Shown: piece by piece, positions 55,726 through 64,000 of the stretch
How the letters are laid out: each line of letters begins with the position of its first letter
How positions within the stretch are numbered: the stretch's first letter is position 1
NCBI GenBank assembly: GCA_043799545.1
Contig: JAZDNO010000019.1
Location: 72,551 to 136,550, forward strand
DNA: 64,000 bases
Source: Methanobacteriota archaeon
Lineage (GTDB): Archaea; Thermoplasmatota; Thermoplasmata; SG8-5; DAIRED01
Direction of reading: 5' to 3'
Made by a program: the position numbers and the translations under genes
The notes under the pieces: model-generated
What the model was told of the DNA's origin: nothing
What the model saw: the letters and a program-made list of their open reading frames with translations, nothing else
Databases searched by the model: none

Positions 55726-56394
55726 TTACGAGTGGCGAACGAGGCCAATCGCCCCGGCGCGGCAGGCATCGATGCAAACCCCGCAGCCGAAACATTTTAC
55801 GGGGTCGAAACGGAGCTTCCCATCAGCGATGGTCCGGGCATTGAACTGGCAACGCTCTACGCACACCCCGCAATCTCTGCATTTTTCCTCGTTCTGCTCC
55901 GCGGCGTATCCCGAGCCGACGACGTGGCCGGTGTAACCGAACCTCACGACCGCGCCCAGAGAGTGGCAGCAGCACGAGCAGCAGCTGCACACCTTGTCTG
56001 GCTTCTCCTTCCCCTCGAAGACGTAGGCGACGTGGACCAATCCTGCCTCGTGGGTCCTGCGCATCGCGGCCAGCGCCTCGGCCTTGGTGATTTTCTTCGC
56101 CCCGGACTTGATTTCCTCCTCCGCGCAATCGTCGAAGCTCAGGCATCCGTCCATGGGCTCTATGCAGTTCCTCATCTTCGCCCGGCACTCGCACTCCTGC
56201 TTGGATATCAGCTTTGCTCCGTCCAGGAGGGCTTCAAGCTCCTTCATGGAGAATATCTTTTGCTTACCGTGGATTTTGACATCGACGGCCAGCGTGATGG
56301 GCTTCATCCTGCCTATGATGTCCCGCTCCAGCTCCGCTCGCGTCCAGTCTCCTCTTTTTGGCTTTCCCGAGGTCCGGCGCATCCCGGTGTTCAT
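55726..56394 (-). CDS. Fe-S protein with 2x[4Fe-4S] ferredoxin domain
   Basis: CECR...C...C; VCSCCSCCC; [11 protein letters not shown]; [11 protein letters not shown]. Confidence 0.88.
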   Translation of the reverse strand: MNTGMRRTSGKPKRGDWTRAELERDIIGRMKPITLAVDVKIHGKQKIFSMKELEALLDGAKLISKQECECRAKMRNCIEPMDGCLSFDDCAEEEIKSGAKKITKAEALAAMRRTHEAGLVHVAYVFEGKEKPDKVCSCCSCCCHSLGAVVRFGYTGHVVGSGYAAEQNEEKCRDCGVCVERCQFNARTIADGKLRFDPVKCFGCGVCIDACRAGAIGLVRHS

Positions 56395-57833
56395 TTCTTC
56401 AGGTCCCTGTGGCTGAATACCATGTCCTTCGCGGCCTTGACCTCGTCCACGCGGCCTATGGCCGTGTTGTGCGGGGCGCCCTTCAGCAGCTCCGGGTCCT
56501 CCGCCAGTATCTCCAGCATCGCGTCCGCGAAGCGGTCGAGCGTCTCCCTCGTCTCGGTCTCCGTCGGCTCGACCATTATCGCCTCGTCGACGAGGTGGGG
56601 GAAGTAAACCGTCGGCGCGTGGAATCCCTTGTCGAGCAGGCGCTTCGCCAAATCCAGCGTGCGCACGCCGCGCGCCTTGAGCTTCTCTCCGCCGAGGACG
56701 AACTCGTGCTTGCGCAATTCGCGGTACGGCATCCCGAACGAGGGGGCGAGCCTCGCCCTCAGGTAGTTCGAGTTCAGCACGGCGGTCTCCGTGGCCTGGG
56801 CGAGGCCGTTTCCGCCGAGCATCTTGATGTACGTGTATGCGCGAAGCAGCACGAGGAAGTTGCCGTATGCGCTGCGGACCTTGCCGATGGAGTCGGGCCT
56901 GTCGTAGTCCAGATGGTACGCCTCTCCGCGCTTTGCAACGACTGGCACCGGTAAAAACGGCTCCAGCCTCGCCTTCACTCCCACCGGGCCAGCCCCAGGG
57001 CCACCGCCCCCGTGCGGGGTGGCGAAGGTCTTGTGCAGGTTGAAGTGCACGATGTCGAAGTTCATGGCGCCTGGCGTGGTCTTGCCCATGATGGCGTTGA
57101 GGTTCGCGCCGTCGTAGTACAGCAGCGCCCCGGCCTGGTGCAGCACGTCCGCAATCTCCAGGACGTCGCTCTCGAAGATGCCTAGGGTATTGGGGTTGGT
57201 CAGCATGAACGCCGCCGTCTTGTCAGAGACCGCAGCTTTGAGCGCCTGGATGTCGACGCATCCCTCCTTCGACGGTATCTCGATGACCTCGAAGCCGGCC
57301 ATCGCCGCGCTCGCTGGATTCGTTCCGTGCGCCGATTCGGGGAGGATTACGACCTTGCGGTCGTCGCCGCGCTTCCTGTGATACGCGCGTACAATCATCA
57401 GGCCGGTCCACTCGCCGTGGGCGCCAGCCGCGGGCTGGAGGGTGACGGCGTCGACGCCGCCGACGACCTTCAGCATCTCCTGGAGCTCCCACATCATCCC
57501 GAGCGCGCCCTGGACGGTCTCTTCGGGCTGGAGCGGGTGAATCCTCGTCGCGCCAGACAGACCGACCATCTCGTCGCACAGCTTCGGGTTGTACTTCATC
57601 GTGCACGAGCCGAGCGGGTAGATGCCGTTGTCGACGCCGTAGTTCATCTGGGAGAGGTTGGTGAAGTGCCTGACTACGTCGCGCTCGGGCAGGTCGGGAA
57701 TTGCCGGGGCGTTGGCGCGCGCGAGCTTCGCCGGTAAGAATTTCTTTGCGGCCTGGGAATCCACGACCGCCTCCGCGGCGGCGCACATCTCGGTCAGAAG
57801 CGGCTCTTCGTACGTTGCCTGGTGGTACTTCAT
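56391..57833 (-). CDS. gcvPB: Glycine dehydrogenase (decarboxylating) subunit 2
   Basis: [49 protein letters not shown]. Confidence 0.96.
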   Translation of the reverse strand: MKYHQATYEEPLLTEMCAAAEAVVDSQAAKKFLPAKLARANAPAIPDLPERDVVRHFTNLSQMNYGVDNGIYPLGSCTMKYNPKLCDEMVGLSGATRIHPLQPEETVQGALGMMWELQEMLKVVGGVDAVTLQPAAGAHGEWTGLMIVRAYHRKRGDDRKVVILPESAHGTNPASAAMAGFEVIEIPSKEGCVDIQALKAAVSDKTAAFMLTNPNTLGIFESDVLEIADVLHQAGALLYYDGANLNAIMGKTTPGAMNFDIVHFNLHKTFATPHGGGGPGAGPVGVKARLEPFLPVPVVAKRGEAYHLDYDRPDSIGKVRSAYGNFLVLLRAYTYIKMLGGNGLAQATETAVLNSNYLRARLAPSFGMPYRELRKHEFVLGGEKLKARGVRTLDLAKRLLDKGFHAPTVYFPHLVDEAIMVEPTETETRETLDRFADAMLEILAEDPELLKGAPHNTAIGRVDEVKAAKDMVFSHRDLKK

Positions 57834-59158
57834 GCGAGCACCCCCCCGAGGGCGTCGACTAGCGCCTTTCGCGCGACCGCATCGCTCCTCTCGGTGCAAG
57901 CCAGCAGCATCGCGTCCCCCATGCCTTCCTTGTGCAGCTGGAGCGGCGCGCCGCCTATGACGTTCTTCCTGGCGAGGCGCTTGTTCACTTCGCCAGCGTC
58001 GAGCGGCAGACCGATGGCGAACTCGTTGAAGAACGGCCCCTTGAACAACGGAGCGCGCACGTCCTTCATGTGAGCTAGCTCGGCCGCGAGTGCGTGGGCG
58101 TTCTCGAGGCTCTGCTCGGCGACGCGCTGCATCCCCTTCCGACCCATCAAAGCGACGTATGCCGCGGCCGCCACGGCCATCAAGGCCTGGTTGCTGCAGA
58201 TGTTGCTGGTGGCCTTGGAGCGCCTGATGTGCTGCTCCCTCGTCGAGAGCGTGAGGCAGAACGCGCGCTTTCCATGCGAGTCCGCGGTCATGCCGACGAC
58301 CCTGCCGGGCATCTTCCTGGCGTGCTCCTTCTTCACTGCGAAAAGGCCCGCCCCAGGCCCGCCGAAGTTCATGCCCAGGCCGAGAGGCTGGGCGTCCCCG
58401 ACTACGATGTCCGCGCCGAAATCGGCAGGCGCCTTGAGGAGGGCCAGGCTCATCGGGTTCACGCCGACGACGAGCGCCGCCTTGCCGGCCAGATCCTTCG
58501 CCTCCGGGAGCACCTCTTCCAGCACGCCGAACGAGTTGGGGCTCTGGACGAACAGCCCCGCGGTGTTCTCGTTCACAACGCTCGATATCGACGATGGGTC
58601 CGCCTGCCCTGTCAGGGGGTCGTAGGCGTACTCGACCAGCCTTATCCCAGGGCCGTCCAGATAATTCCTAAGGACGGATTTGTAATCCTTGTGGAGCGAG
58701 GCGGGTATGACGAATTCCTCCTTTCCGTTTATTCTGGAGGACATCAGCGCGGCCTCTGCCAGCGCGGTCGCGCCGTCGTACATTGTGTCGTTGACTACGT
58801 CCATGCCGGTCAGCTCAGCCATCATGCACTGGTACTCGAAAAGGGAGTGGAGGATTCCCTGGCTTATCTCCGGTTGATAGGGGGTGTAGGCCGTGACGAA
58901 CTCTGAGCGCCCGACTAATGCGCGCATCGCCGCCGGCGCGTAGTGGTCGTAGCTGCCAGCACCCATGAAGCACGGCGCGGTCGCGGCGGAGAGGTTCTTC
59001 GCCATCATGTCCTCGACGCATGCCCTGGTATGCAGCTCGTCGAGCCCGTCCGGAAGGTCTATTTTGCCGATGCGCACCTTCTGCGGCACGTCCGCGAAGA
59101 GCTCCTCCGCGCTTTTCATTCCTATCCTTTCCAGCATGCTGTCCAATTCGCAAGACAA
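57830..59158 (-). CDS. gcvPA: Glycine dehydrogenase (decarboxylating) subunit 1
   Basis: [50 protein letters not shown]; start TTG 59158 or ATG 59137. Confidence 0.96.
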   Translation of the reverse strand: MSCELDSMLERIGMKSAEELFADVPQKVRIGKIDLPDGLDELHTRACVEDMMAKNLSAATAPCFMGAGSYDHYAPAAMRALVGRSEFVTAYTPYQPEISQGILHSLFEYQCMMAELTGMDVVNDTMYDGATALAEAALMSSRINGKEEFVIPASLHKDYKSVLRNYLDGPGIRLVEYAYDPLTGQADPSSISSVVNENTAGLFVQSPNSFGVLEEVLPEAKDLAGKAALVVGVNPMSLALLKAPADFGADIVVGDAQPLGLGMNFGGPGAGLFAVKKEHARKMPGRVVGMTADSHGKRAFCLTLSTREQHIRRSKATSNICSNQALMAVAAAAYVALMGRKGMQRVAEQSLENAHALAAELAHMKDVRAPLFKGPFFNEFAIGLPLDAGEVNKRLARKNVIGGAPLQLHKEGMGDAMLLACTERSDAVARKALVDALGGVLA

Positions 59159-59320
59159 GTTGGCACCCCGGCTGGGAATGGGGAGGGGGTGGATAAGGAT
59201 TTCGTCGCGCGATGTCCAGCGATATGCTTATTAACGGCAACGTATTCGGTGCGAACCGCACGAGATATATTCGCCAACAGTCAGCGCATCCGTGCCTCAA
59301 ACCTATTCATTCGCATGCTT

Positions 59321-59394
59321 GGGCCTGTAGCTCAGCTAGGTGGAGCACTCGGCTCTTAACCGAGGTGTCAAGGGTTCGAATCCCTTCAGGCCCG
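59321..59394 (+). tRNA. tRNA-Lys (anticodon CUU), intronless
   Basis: GGGCCTG/CAGGCCC acceptor stem, GCTC/GAGC D stem, CTCGG-CT CTT AA-CCGAG, AAGGG-TTCGAAT-CCCTT. Confidence 0.97.
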
Positions 59395-59568
59395 CATCTC
59401 ATTTTAGCCAGCAGTAGCGAATATATAAGTTATACGGGGTCTATTAGATATATACACGATTTCGGAGGGCGTCCCGACCTTTAACTTTTTTATTTTTTAC
59501 CATAGCTAATTGTAATTATTTGCATTTAGAGCAGAAAGTATTTATAGCCAACAATATATGTATTCCTC

Positions 59569-59814
59569 ATGAGCGCCATGATTAAAACAAGATATGCGGA
59601 GGAGCATATAAAGGTGAAAAAGATGATAGAACGTATTCACGATGAGACTGGCGGGTCATTATGTGTGGTGGTATCGGACCTCTCGAGAGAAATCAAGATG
59701 GATCCTAGAGTATTAAGAAACCACTTGGAAGTAATGGAGATAGATGGTTATGGCCAATTCTCAAACACTAACAAACGTCATATTTTTTGCCTGAAGGAGA
59801 AAGGAGATGAATGA
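59569..59814 (+). CDS. 81-aa hypothetical, possible winged-HTH
   Basis: VSDLSREIKMDPRVLRNHLEVM resembles an HTH; TTTATA upstream; overlaps the next ORF. Confidence 0.65.
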   Translation: MSAMIKTRYAEEHIKVKKMIERIHDETGGSLCVVVSDLSREIKMDPRVLRNHLEVMEIDGYGQFSNTNKRHIFCLKEKGDE

Positions 59815-59998
59815 AATGACAACATGTATCGTGAAAACAACGACGGACTACGATTGGGATAACGATCTAAACAGGAATGTGTACCACGCTATGAAAGCGG
59901 TGTGTGACATAAGTGGAAAAGGTTGTCTCTCGGTCGCTGAATTTAAGGAGAAACATGCCAGGAAGATTGAAACTGTTGAAGAAATCTGTCATGATTAA
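59807..59998 (+). CDS. 63-aa hypothetical protein
   Basis: GGAGA RBS, 8-nt overlap with the upstream ORF, ends VEEICHD. Confidence 0.6.
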   Translation: MNEMTTCIVKTTTDYDWDNDLNRNVYHAMKAVCDISGKGCLSVAEFKEKHARKIETVEEICHD

Positions 59999-60008
59999 CT
60001 ACGTCTAG

Positions 60009-60209
60009 ATGAGCTCGTCAATGCACTCCCTCGATACGTCTATCAAGGTCACCGGCTCATGGGCCGAGACCCGCAGAACCACCGTCGCCCTGCCCGATAT
60101 CGTCCTGCGCTACCTGCGCCTCGAGAGCGCCGCCCAGGACCGTGCCATGCAAGAACTTATTCTCGAAGCCCTCGTCGAGTACTACAAGCTAAAGCCCCCT
60201 GCATCCTGA
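60009..60209 (+). CDS. Ribbon-helix-helix (CopG-like) protein
   Basis: RRTTVALPDIVLRYLRLESAAQDRAMQELILEALVEY fits the RHH pattern. Confidence 0.7.
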   Translation: MSSSMHSLDTSIKVTGSWAETRRTTVALPDIVLRYLRLESAAQDRAMQELILEALVEYYKLKPPAS

Positions 60210-60269
60210 TGCGCAGATGCTCAGGCATTTTTCCAACGTTTTATATGCAGACCAGCCAATCTCCGCACC

Positions 60270-60431
60270 GTGGAACCAAGGAACCCCTACACCGGCAGGC
60301 CCAAGTGGCACCATATGGGCGGCTCGCCCTACCGTTTCTTCACCGACGACCCGGAGGGCCAGGGGCGCGGAAGGGGCTGGTACCACAAGTACCACGGCAA
60401 GTTCTTCAAGAGGGGCGGAGCCGCGAGCTGA
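60270..60431 (+). CDS. 53-aa His/Trp/Tyr/Gly/Arg-rich small protein, probably leaderless
   Basis: GTG-EPRNPYTGRPKWHHMGGSPYRFFTDDPEGQGRGRGWYHKYHGKFFKRGGAAS*; strong GC3 bias; TTTTATAT about 25 nt upstream. Confidence 0.55.
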   Translation: MEPRNPYTGRPKWHHMGGSPYRFFTDDPEGQGRGRGWYHKYHGKFFKRGGAAS

Positions 60432-60446
60432 TGAATCGAACACCCA

Positions 60447-62096
60447 TTATTTCTCTATGTGGTCTCTCTCCATGAATGGATACCTGTAATCCGTTGGTGG
60501 CACGAGGTTCTCCTTAATCGTCCTGGCACTTATCCAGCTTAGGAGGTTGGTGAACGACCCCGATTTGTCGTTGGTGCCAGAGCACCGCGCTCCCCCAAAA
60601 GGCTGCTGGCCAACGAACGCACCAGTGGGCTTGTCGTTGACATAGAAGTTCCCGGCAGCGTCGCGGAGCACCTTCGTCGCCTTGACGATAGCGGTCCTGT
60701 CCTTGGCGAATATCGCGCCAGTGAGTGCATATGGCGATGTCTGGTCGCACAGATGCAGGGTCTCCTCGAACTTAGCATCCTCATAGACGTAAGCCGTGAG
60801 CACCGGGCCGAATATCTCTTCTTCCATCGTGACGAAGTGTGGATCCTTGGCGAGTATGACTGTCGGCTCGACGAAATATCCCTTGGACGAGTCGGATTTG
60901 CCGCCGAAGACTATCTCGGCATCCTTGGAGTCCCGTGCCTTGGCGATGTAGCCAGTTATGGTGTCGAACGACGCCTTGTCGATGACCGCGTTCACGAAGT
61001 TGCCGAAGTCCTCCACGCCGCCCATTTTGACCTCTGAAAGCATCCTGCCAATCCTCTCCTTGACGGGCTCCCAGAGAGTATTCGGGACGTACATCCTCGA
61101 TGCGGCGGAGCACTTCTGACCCTGGTATTCGAATGCGCCTCGGACCGCTGCAACAGCGACTGCATCCACGTCTGCCGACGGGTGCACGAATATGAAGTCC
61201 TTGCCCCCAGTCTCGCCCACGAGATTCGGATACGATTTGTACTTCTTCAGGTTCGAGCCCAGTGTCTGCCAGAACTTGCTGAACACAGCAGTGGAACCTG
61301 TGAAGTGTATCGCGGCCAGCCTGCTGTCGTTGAGGACGACTTTGCCGACGGTCTCGCCCGACCCCGGGAGGAAGTTGATGACGCCGTCAGGGAAGCCAGC
61401 CTCATGGAAAATCTCCATCAGGTAGTAATTGGAGAGCAGCGAGGTCGAAGCCGGTTTCCATACGACAACATTACCCATTATGGCCGGAGCAGTTGGAAGA
61501 TTGCTGGCTATGGCCGTGAAGTTGAACGGCGTGACGGCAAAAACGAAACCCTCAAGTGGCCGATACTCCACCCGATTCAGCGTCCCAGGGGAGGGGTAAG
61601 CTTCGGGCTGCTCGCCGTAAATCTTCTGCATGAAGTACGCGTTGAACCTCAGGAAGTCTATGGTCTCGCATGCAGCATCTATCTCCGCCTGGAAAGCGTT
61701 TTTCCCCTGGCCAAGCATCGTTGCCGCGTTGAGGATATATCTGTACTTTCCGGAAATAAGCTCCGCGGCCTTGAGGGCGACCAACGCACGTTCCTCCCAA
61801 GGAAGCTCTTCCCACACGACCTTGGCTTCCATGGCGCACTCTATCGCCTCAGCGACCAGCTCCGGCGTTGCTTTGTGGTAATCTGCCAATATGTGTCCGT
61901 GATCGTGGGGCATGACGACCTTGCCCTTGTCTCCGGTCAGCCTCTTTCTGCCGCCGATGACTGGTGCGATCTCAATTCTGGCCTTTGTCATTGTTTCCAG
62001 AGCGGCGCGGAGGTTTTTCCTCTCGGGGCTGCCCGGCTGGTACTGATATATCGGCTCGTTTCTTGGCTTTGGGATGTTGATAATCGATTCGTGCAT
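60447..62096 (-). CDS. pruA: L-glutamate gamma-semialdehyde (P5C) dehydrogenase
   Basis: IPKPRNEP, QAEIDAACE, PFNFTAI, FTGST, ETGGK, EYQGQKCSA, EEIFGP, NDKPTGA, QPFGG. Confidence 0.92.
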   Translation of the reverse strand: MHESIINIPKPRNEPIYQYQPGSPERKNLRAALETMTKARIEIAPVIGGRKRLTGDKGKVVMPHDHGHILADYHKATPELVAEAIECAMEAKVVWEELPWEERALVALKAAELISGKYRYILNAATMLGQGKNAFQAEIDAACETIDFLRFNAYFMQKIYGEQPEAYPSPGTLNRVEYRPLEGFVFAVTPFNFTAIASNLPTAPAIMGNVVVWKPASTSLLSNYYLMEIFHEAGFPDGVINFLPGSGETVGKVVLNDSRLAAIHFTGSTAVFSKFWQTLGSNLKKYKSYPNLVGETGGKDFIFVHPSADVDAVAVAAVRGAFEYQGQKCSAASRMYVPNTLWEPVKERIGRMLSEVKMGGVEDFGNFVNAVIDKASFDTITGYIAKARDSKDAEIVFGGKSDSSKGYFVEPTVILAKDPHFVTMEEEIFGPVLTAYVYEDAKFEETLHLCDQTSPYALTGAIFAKDRTAIVKATKVLRDAAGNFYVNDKPTGAFVGQQPFGGARCSGTNDKSGSFTNLLSWISARTIKENLVPPTDYRYPFMERDHIEK

Positions 62097-62298
62097 GGCA
62101 ATCACCGTTATTCTCAATCAAGTATAACGATTATAAATAGTTATCTCGGAAGTTACTAAATTACGCTGGTACATGCCCATTCACTTCGATATAACGCAAG
62201 CAACATCCGAGTTCCGCAAGTGACGGTAAGGCATTCGGAACGACGGTGACCGGCTTGCTGCGGATATGCAAACCCGCGCAGAAGCAAATGGTGATAAA

Positions 62299-63708
62299 AT
62301 GTTCGTAGATGGAAAATGGATTGACCGCGATGAAAAAATGGACGTTCGAGACCCTTTCGATGGCTCGCTGATTGACCGCGTCCCGAAAGCCACGATAGAG
62401 GACGTCGAGCTTGCGCTCAAGTCGGCGGTTGAAGGGTTTCGCGCCATCAGAGGATTGCCTGCACATCAACGAGCGGAGATTCTTATGAGAACATCGAATA
62501 TCGTCAAACGGGACTTTGACGAGTTCGCCCGCACGATTGCCAGGGAGGGATCCAAGACCATCAAGGAGGCGAGGAGAGAGGTCACCAGATGCATCAACAC
62601 GCTTACCGTGTCGGCAGAGGAATCAAAGCGCATACTGGGAGAAACGATACCTTTCGATTCCTACCCAGGCGGTGAGAATAAAATCGGCTACTACTATAGG
62701 TTCCCGATAGGGGTCATACTGGCAATCACACCATTCAACGATCCATTGAATCTCGTTGCTCATAAATTGGGCCCGGCTTTCGCTTCGGGAAACTCCGTGA
62801 TATTGAAACCGACGACAGCTACCCCCCTATCTTCTGTCAAGCTGGTCAGAGCCTTTTTGGAGGCGCAGCTACCTCCCAAAGCTATCCAGCTTCTCATCGG
62901 GTCCGGGAAGGAGATTGGCGAGCCTCTCGTCCAGGACGATAGGGTGCGGATGGTTTCCTTTACTGGCGGGTTCGACGCCGGAAAGAGGATTACGCAACTA
63001 GCCGGCATCAAGAAAATCGGGATGGAGTTGGGCTCGAATTCCCCCGTCATCGTATGTGAAGACGCCAACCTTGAATATGCAATTGAATCCTGCGTTTCCG
63101 GGGCGTTCAGTGCTGCTGGCCAGAATTGCATCGGAGTGCAACGGATATATGTGCACAAGGACGTTTATGCGAAATTCAAGGACGGCTTTGTCGAGAGGAC
63201 GAAAAAGTACAAGGTTGGCGACAAGCTGAAAGAGGACACGGACATGGGTCCGATGATAAACGAGACCGAAGCGAAACGCATCGAGGAGTGGGTGAACGAG
63301 GCGAGGGAATTTGGCGCAATCGTTCTATCTGGAGGAGGACGCAGTGGGTCAATATACTCTCCCACTATCTTGGAGAACGTGCCGGAGAAGGCGCGAATAC
63401 ATCGCGAGGAAGCTTTCGGCCCAGTGGTCAACCTCTATCCGACATCCAGCATAGATGAAGCGATAGCAAAGGCAAACTCGCTCCCTTACGGCCTGCTTGC
63501 AGCGATATTCACTTCGGATATGAACACCGCCATGAAAGCAGCCCACGAGCTGGAATGTGGCGGCGTCATGATAAACGAATCCACAGACTACAGGCTCGAT
63601 TCGATGCCGTTCGGGGGCATTAAATGGTCCGGGCTGGGGCGGGAAGGCATCAAGTTCGCAATCCATGAGATGACGGAGCCAAAAGTGGTGTGTTTCAATA
63701 GGATCTGA
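62299..63708 (+). CDS. NAD(P)-dependent aldehyde dehydrogenase
   Basis: ITPFNDPL, KPT, SFTGG, ELGSN, GQNCIG, EAFGP, PFGG; GGTGA RBS. Confidence 0.93.
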   Translation: MFVDGKWIDRDEKMDVRDPFDGSLIDRVPKATIEDVELALKSAVEGFRAIRGLPAHQRAEILMRTSNIVKRDFDEFARTIAREGSKTIKEARREVTRCINTLTVSAEESKRILGETIPFDSYPGGENKIGYYYRFPIGVILAITPFNDPLNLVAHKLGPAFASGNSVILKPTTATPLSSVKLVRAFLEAQLPPKAIQLLIGSGKEIGEPLVQDDRVRMVSFTGGFDAGKRITQLAGIKKIGMELGSNSPVIVCEDANLEYAIESCVSGAFSAAGQNCIGVQRIYVHKDVYAKFKDGFVERTKKYKVGDKLKEDTDMGPMINETEAKRIEEWVNEAREFGAIVLSGGGRSGSIYSPTILENVPEKARIHREEAFGPVVNLYPTSSIDEAIAKANSLPYGLLAAIFTSDMNTAMKAAHELECGGVMINESTDYRLDSMPFGGIKWSGLGREGIKFAIHEMTEPKVVCFNRI

Positions 63709-63839
63709 TGCGAGACTCACAATTGCTTAGTAAGCGTATTCGTAAATATTCCATCCGTTCTCGTATTTAAAACCAGCATCGATTAATCGTTCAGGCCATA
63801 TAAACCACCTCGGCCAATCTCTCCCATAGGTGATCTCAA

Positions 63840-64000
63840 ATGAAGATCCGTAACATATTCGGCAACGAGTACTCCGGCACGATAGGCAAGAAGATAACGG
63901 CCTCGCGCTGGAAGGGAATAGAGTACATCAGGAAGTTCTTCGTGCCGCAGAACCCGAACACGGTCCTGCAGCAGGAGCACCGCGCCCTCTTCACGGGGGC
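63840..64000 (+). CDS. 5' part of an unannotated basic protein (3'-truncated), DUF6266-like motif
   Basis: TATAAA at ~63799, AGGTGA RBS, then MKIRNIFGNEYSGTIGKKITASRWKGIEYIRKFFVPQNPNTVLQQEHRALFTG open to the window end. Confidence 0.7.
   Translation, partial: MKIRNIFGNEYSGTIGKKITASRWKGIEYIRKFFVPQNPNTVLQQEHRALFTG

Noticed and set aside
59321-60440. Provirus or integrated element at tRNA-Lys
   Set aside because: No integrase, no structural genes and no duplicated tRNA 3' end were seen in the window.
63783-63980. Minus-strand 65-aa ORF in the track
   Set aside because: The plus strand has a TATA box, an RBS and better codon usage.

Overview
This is archaeal chromosomal DNA, most likely a non-methanogenic, anaerobic, peptide/amino-acid-degrading member of the Thermoplasmata (inference). 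Support comes from eL15, a stand-alone Bud32, archaeosortase A, an HVO_0476-type Zn finger, AsnRS, split GcvPA/PB, TATA boxes and GGTGA/GAGGTG ribosome-binding sites. The window is GC-rich with several visibly AT-richer patches (about 4.3-5.1, 17.9-20.7, 30.4-32.2, 40.5-42.2, 47.9-48.5 and 59.4-60.0 kb). It holds about 65 CDS and two tRNAs (Pro-UGG, Lys-CUU). No rRNA, CRISPR array, integrase or transposase was seen. Housekeeping and metabolic blocks are: malic enzyme, class III hybrid-cluster protein, paaK-CBS-bud32-rdgB, a beta-CASP RNase, rpl15e, methylcrotonyl-CoA carboxylase/hydratase, an aminotransferase, SPFH/HtpX, a homocitrate-synthase-like gene with an M20 hydrolase, asnS, artA, pyrF, DtxR-FeoA/feoB/NifX/VIT1, gcvPA/PB, P5C dehydrogenase and an aldehyde dehydrogenase. 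The best candidate for an undescribed system is an AT-rich three-gene operon at 17.97-20.69 kb. In it, a TIGR04222-type membrane protein ending in a RiPP-like Gly/Cys tail is translationally coupled (ATGA overlap) to a radical SAM/SPASM enzyme, followed by a nucleotidyltransferase-fold protein. Other notable items are a longin/roadblock-like domain inserted inside a STAND ATPase-TPR protein, an archaeal pentameric ligand-gated ion channel, a SHOCT-bactofilin divergent from a SHOCT-bearing ArsR regulator, RING-like fingers, variant C-terminal sorting signals, a tRNA-Pro-complementary hairpin, an eL15 leader and several small ORFs missed by the ORF track. Family assignments are from motif recognition by eye; no database searches were run.
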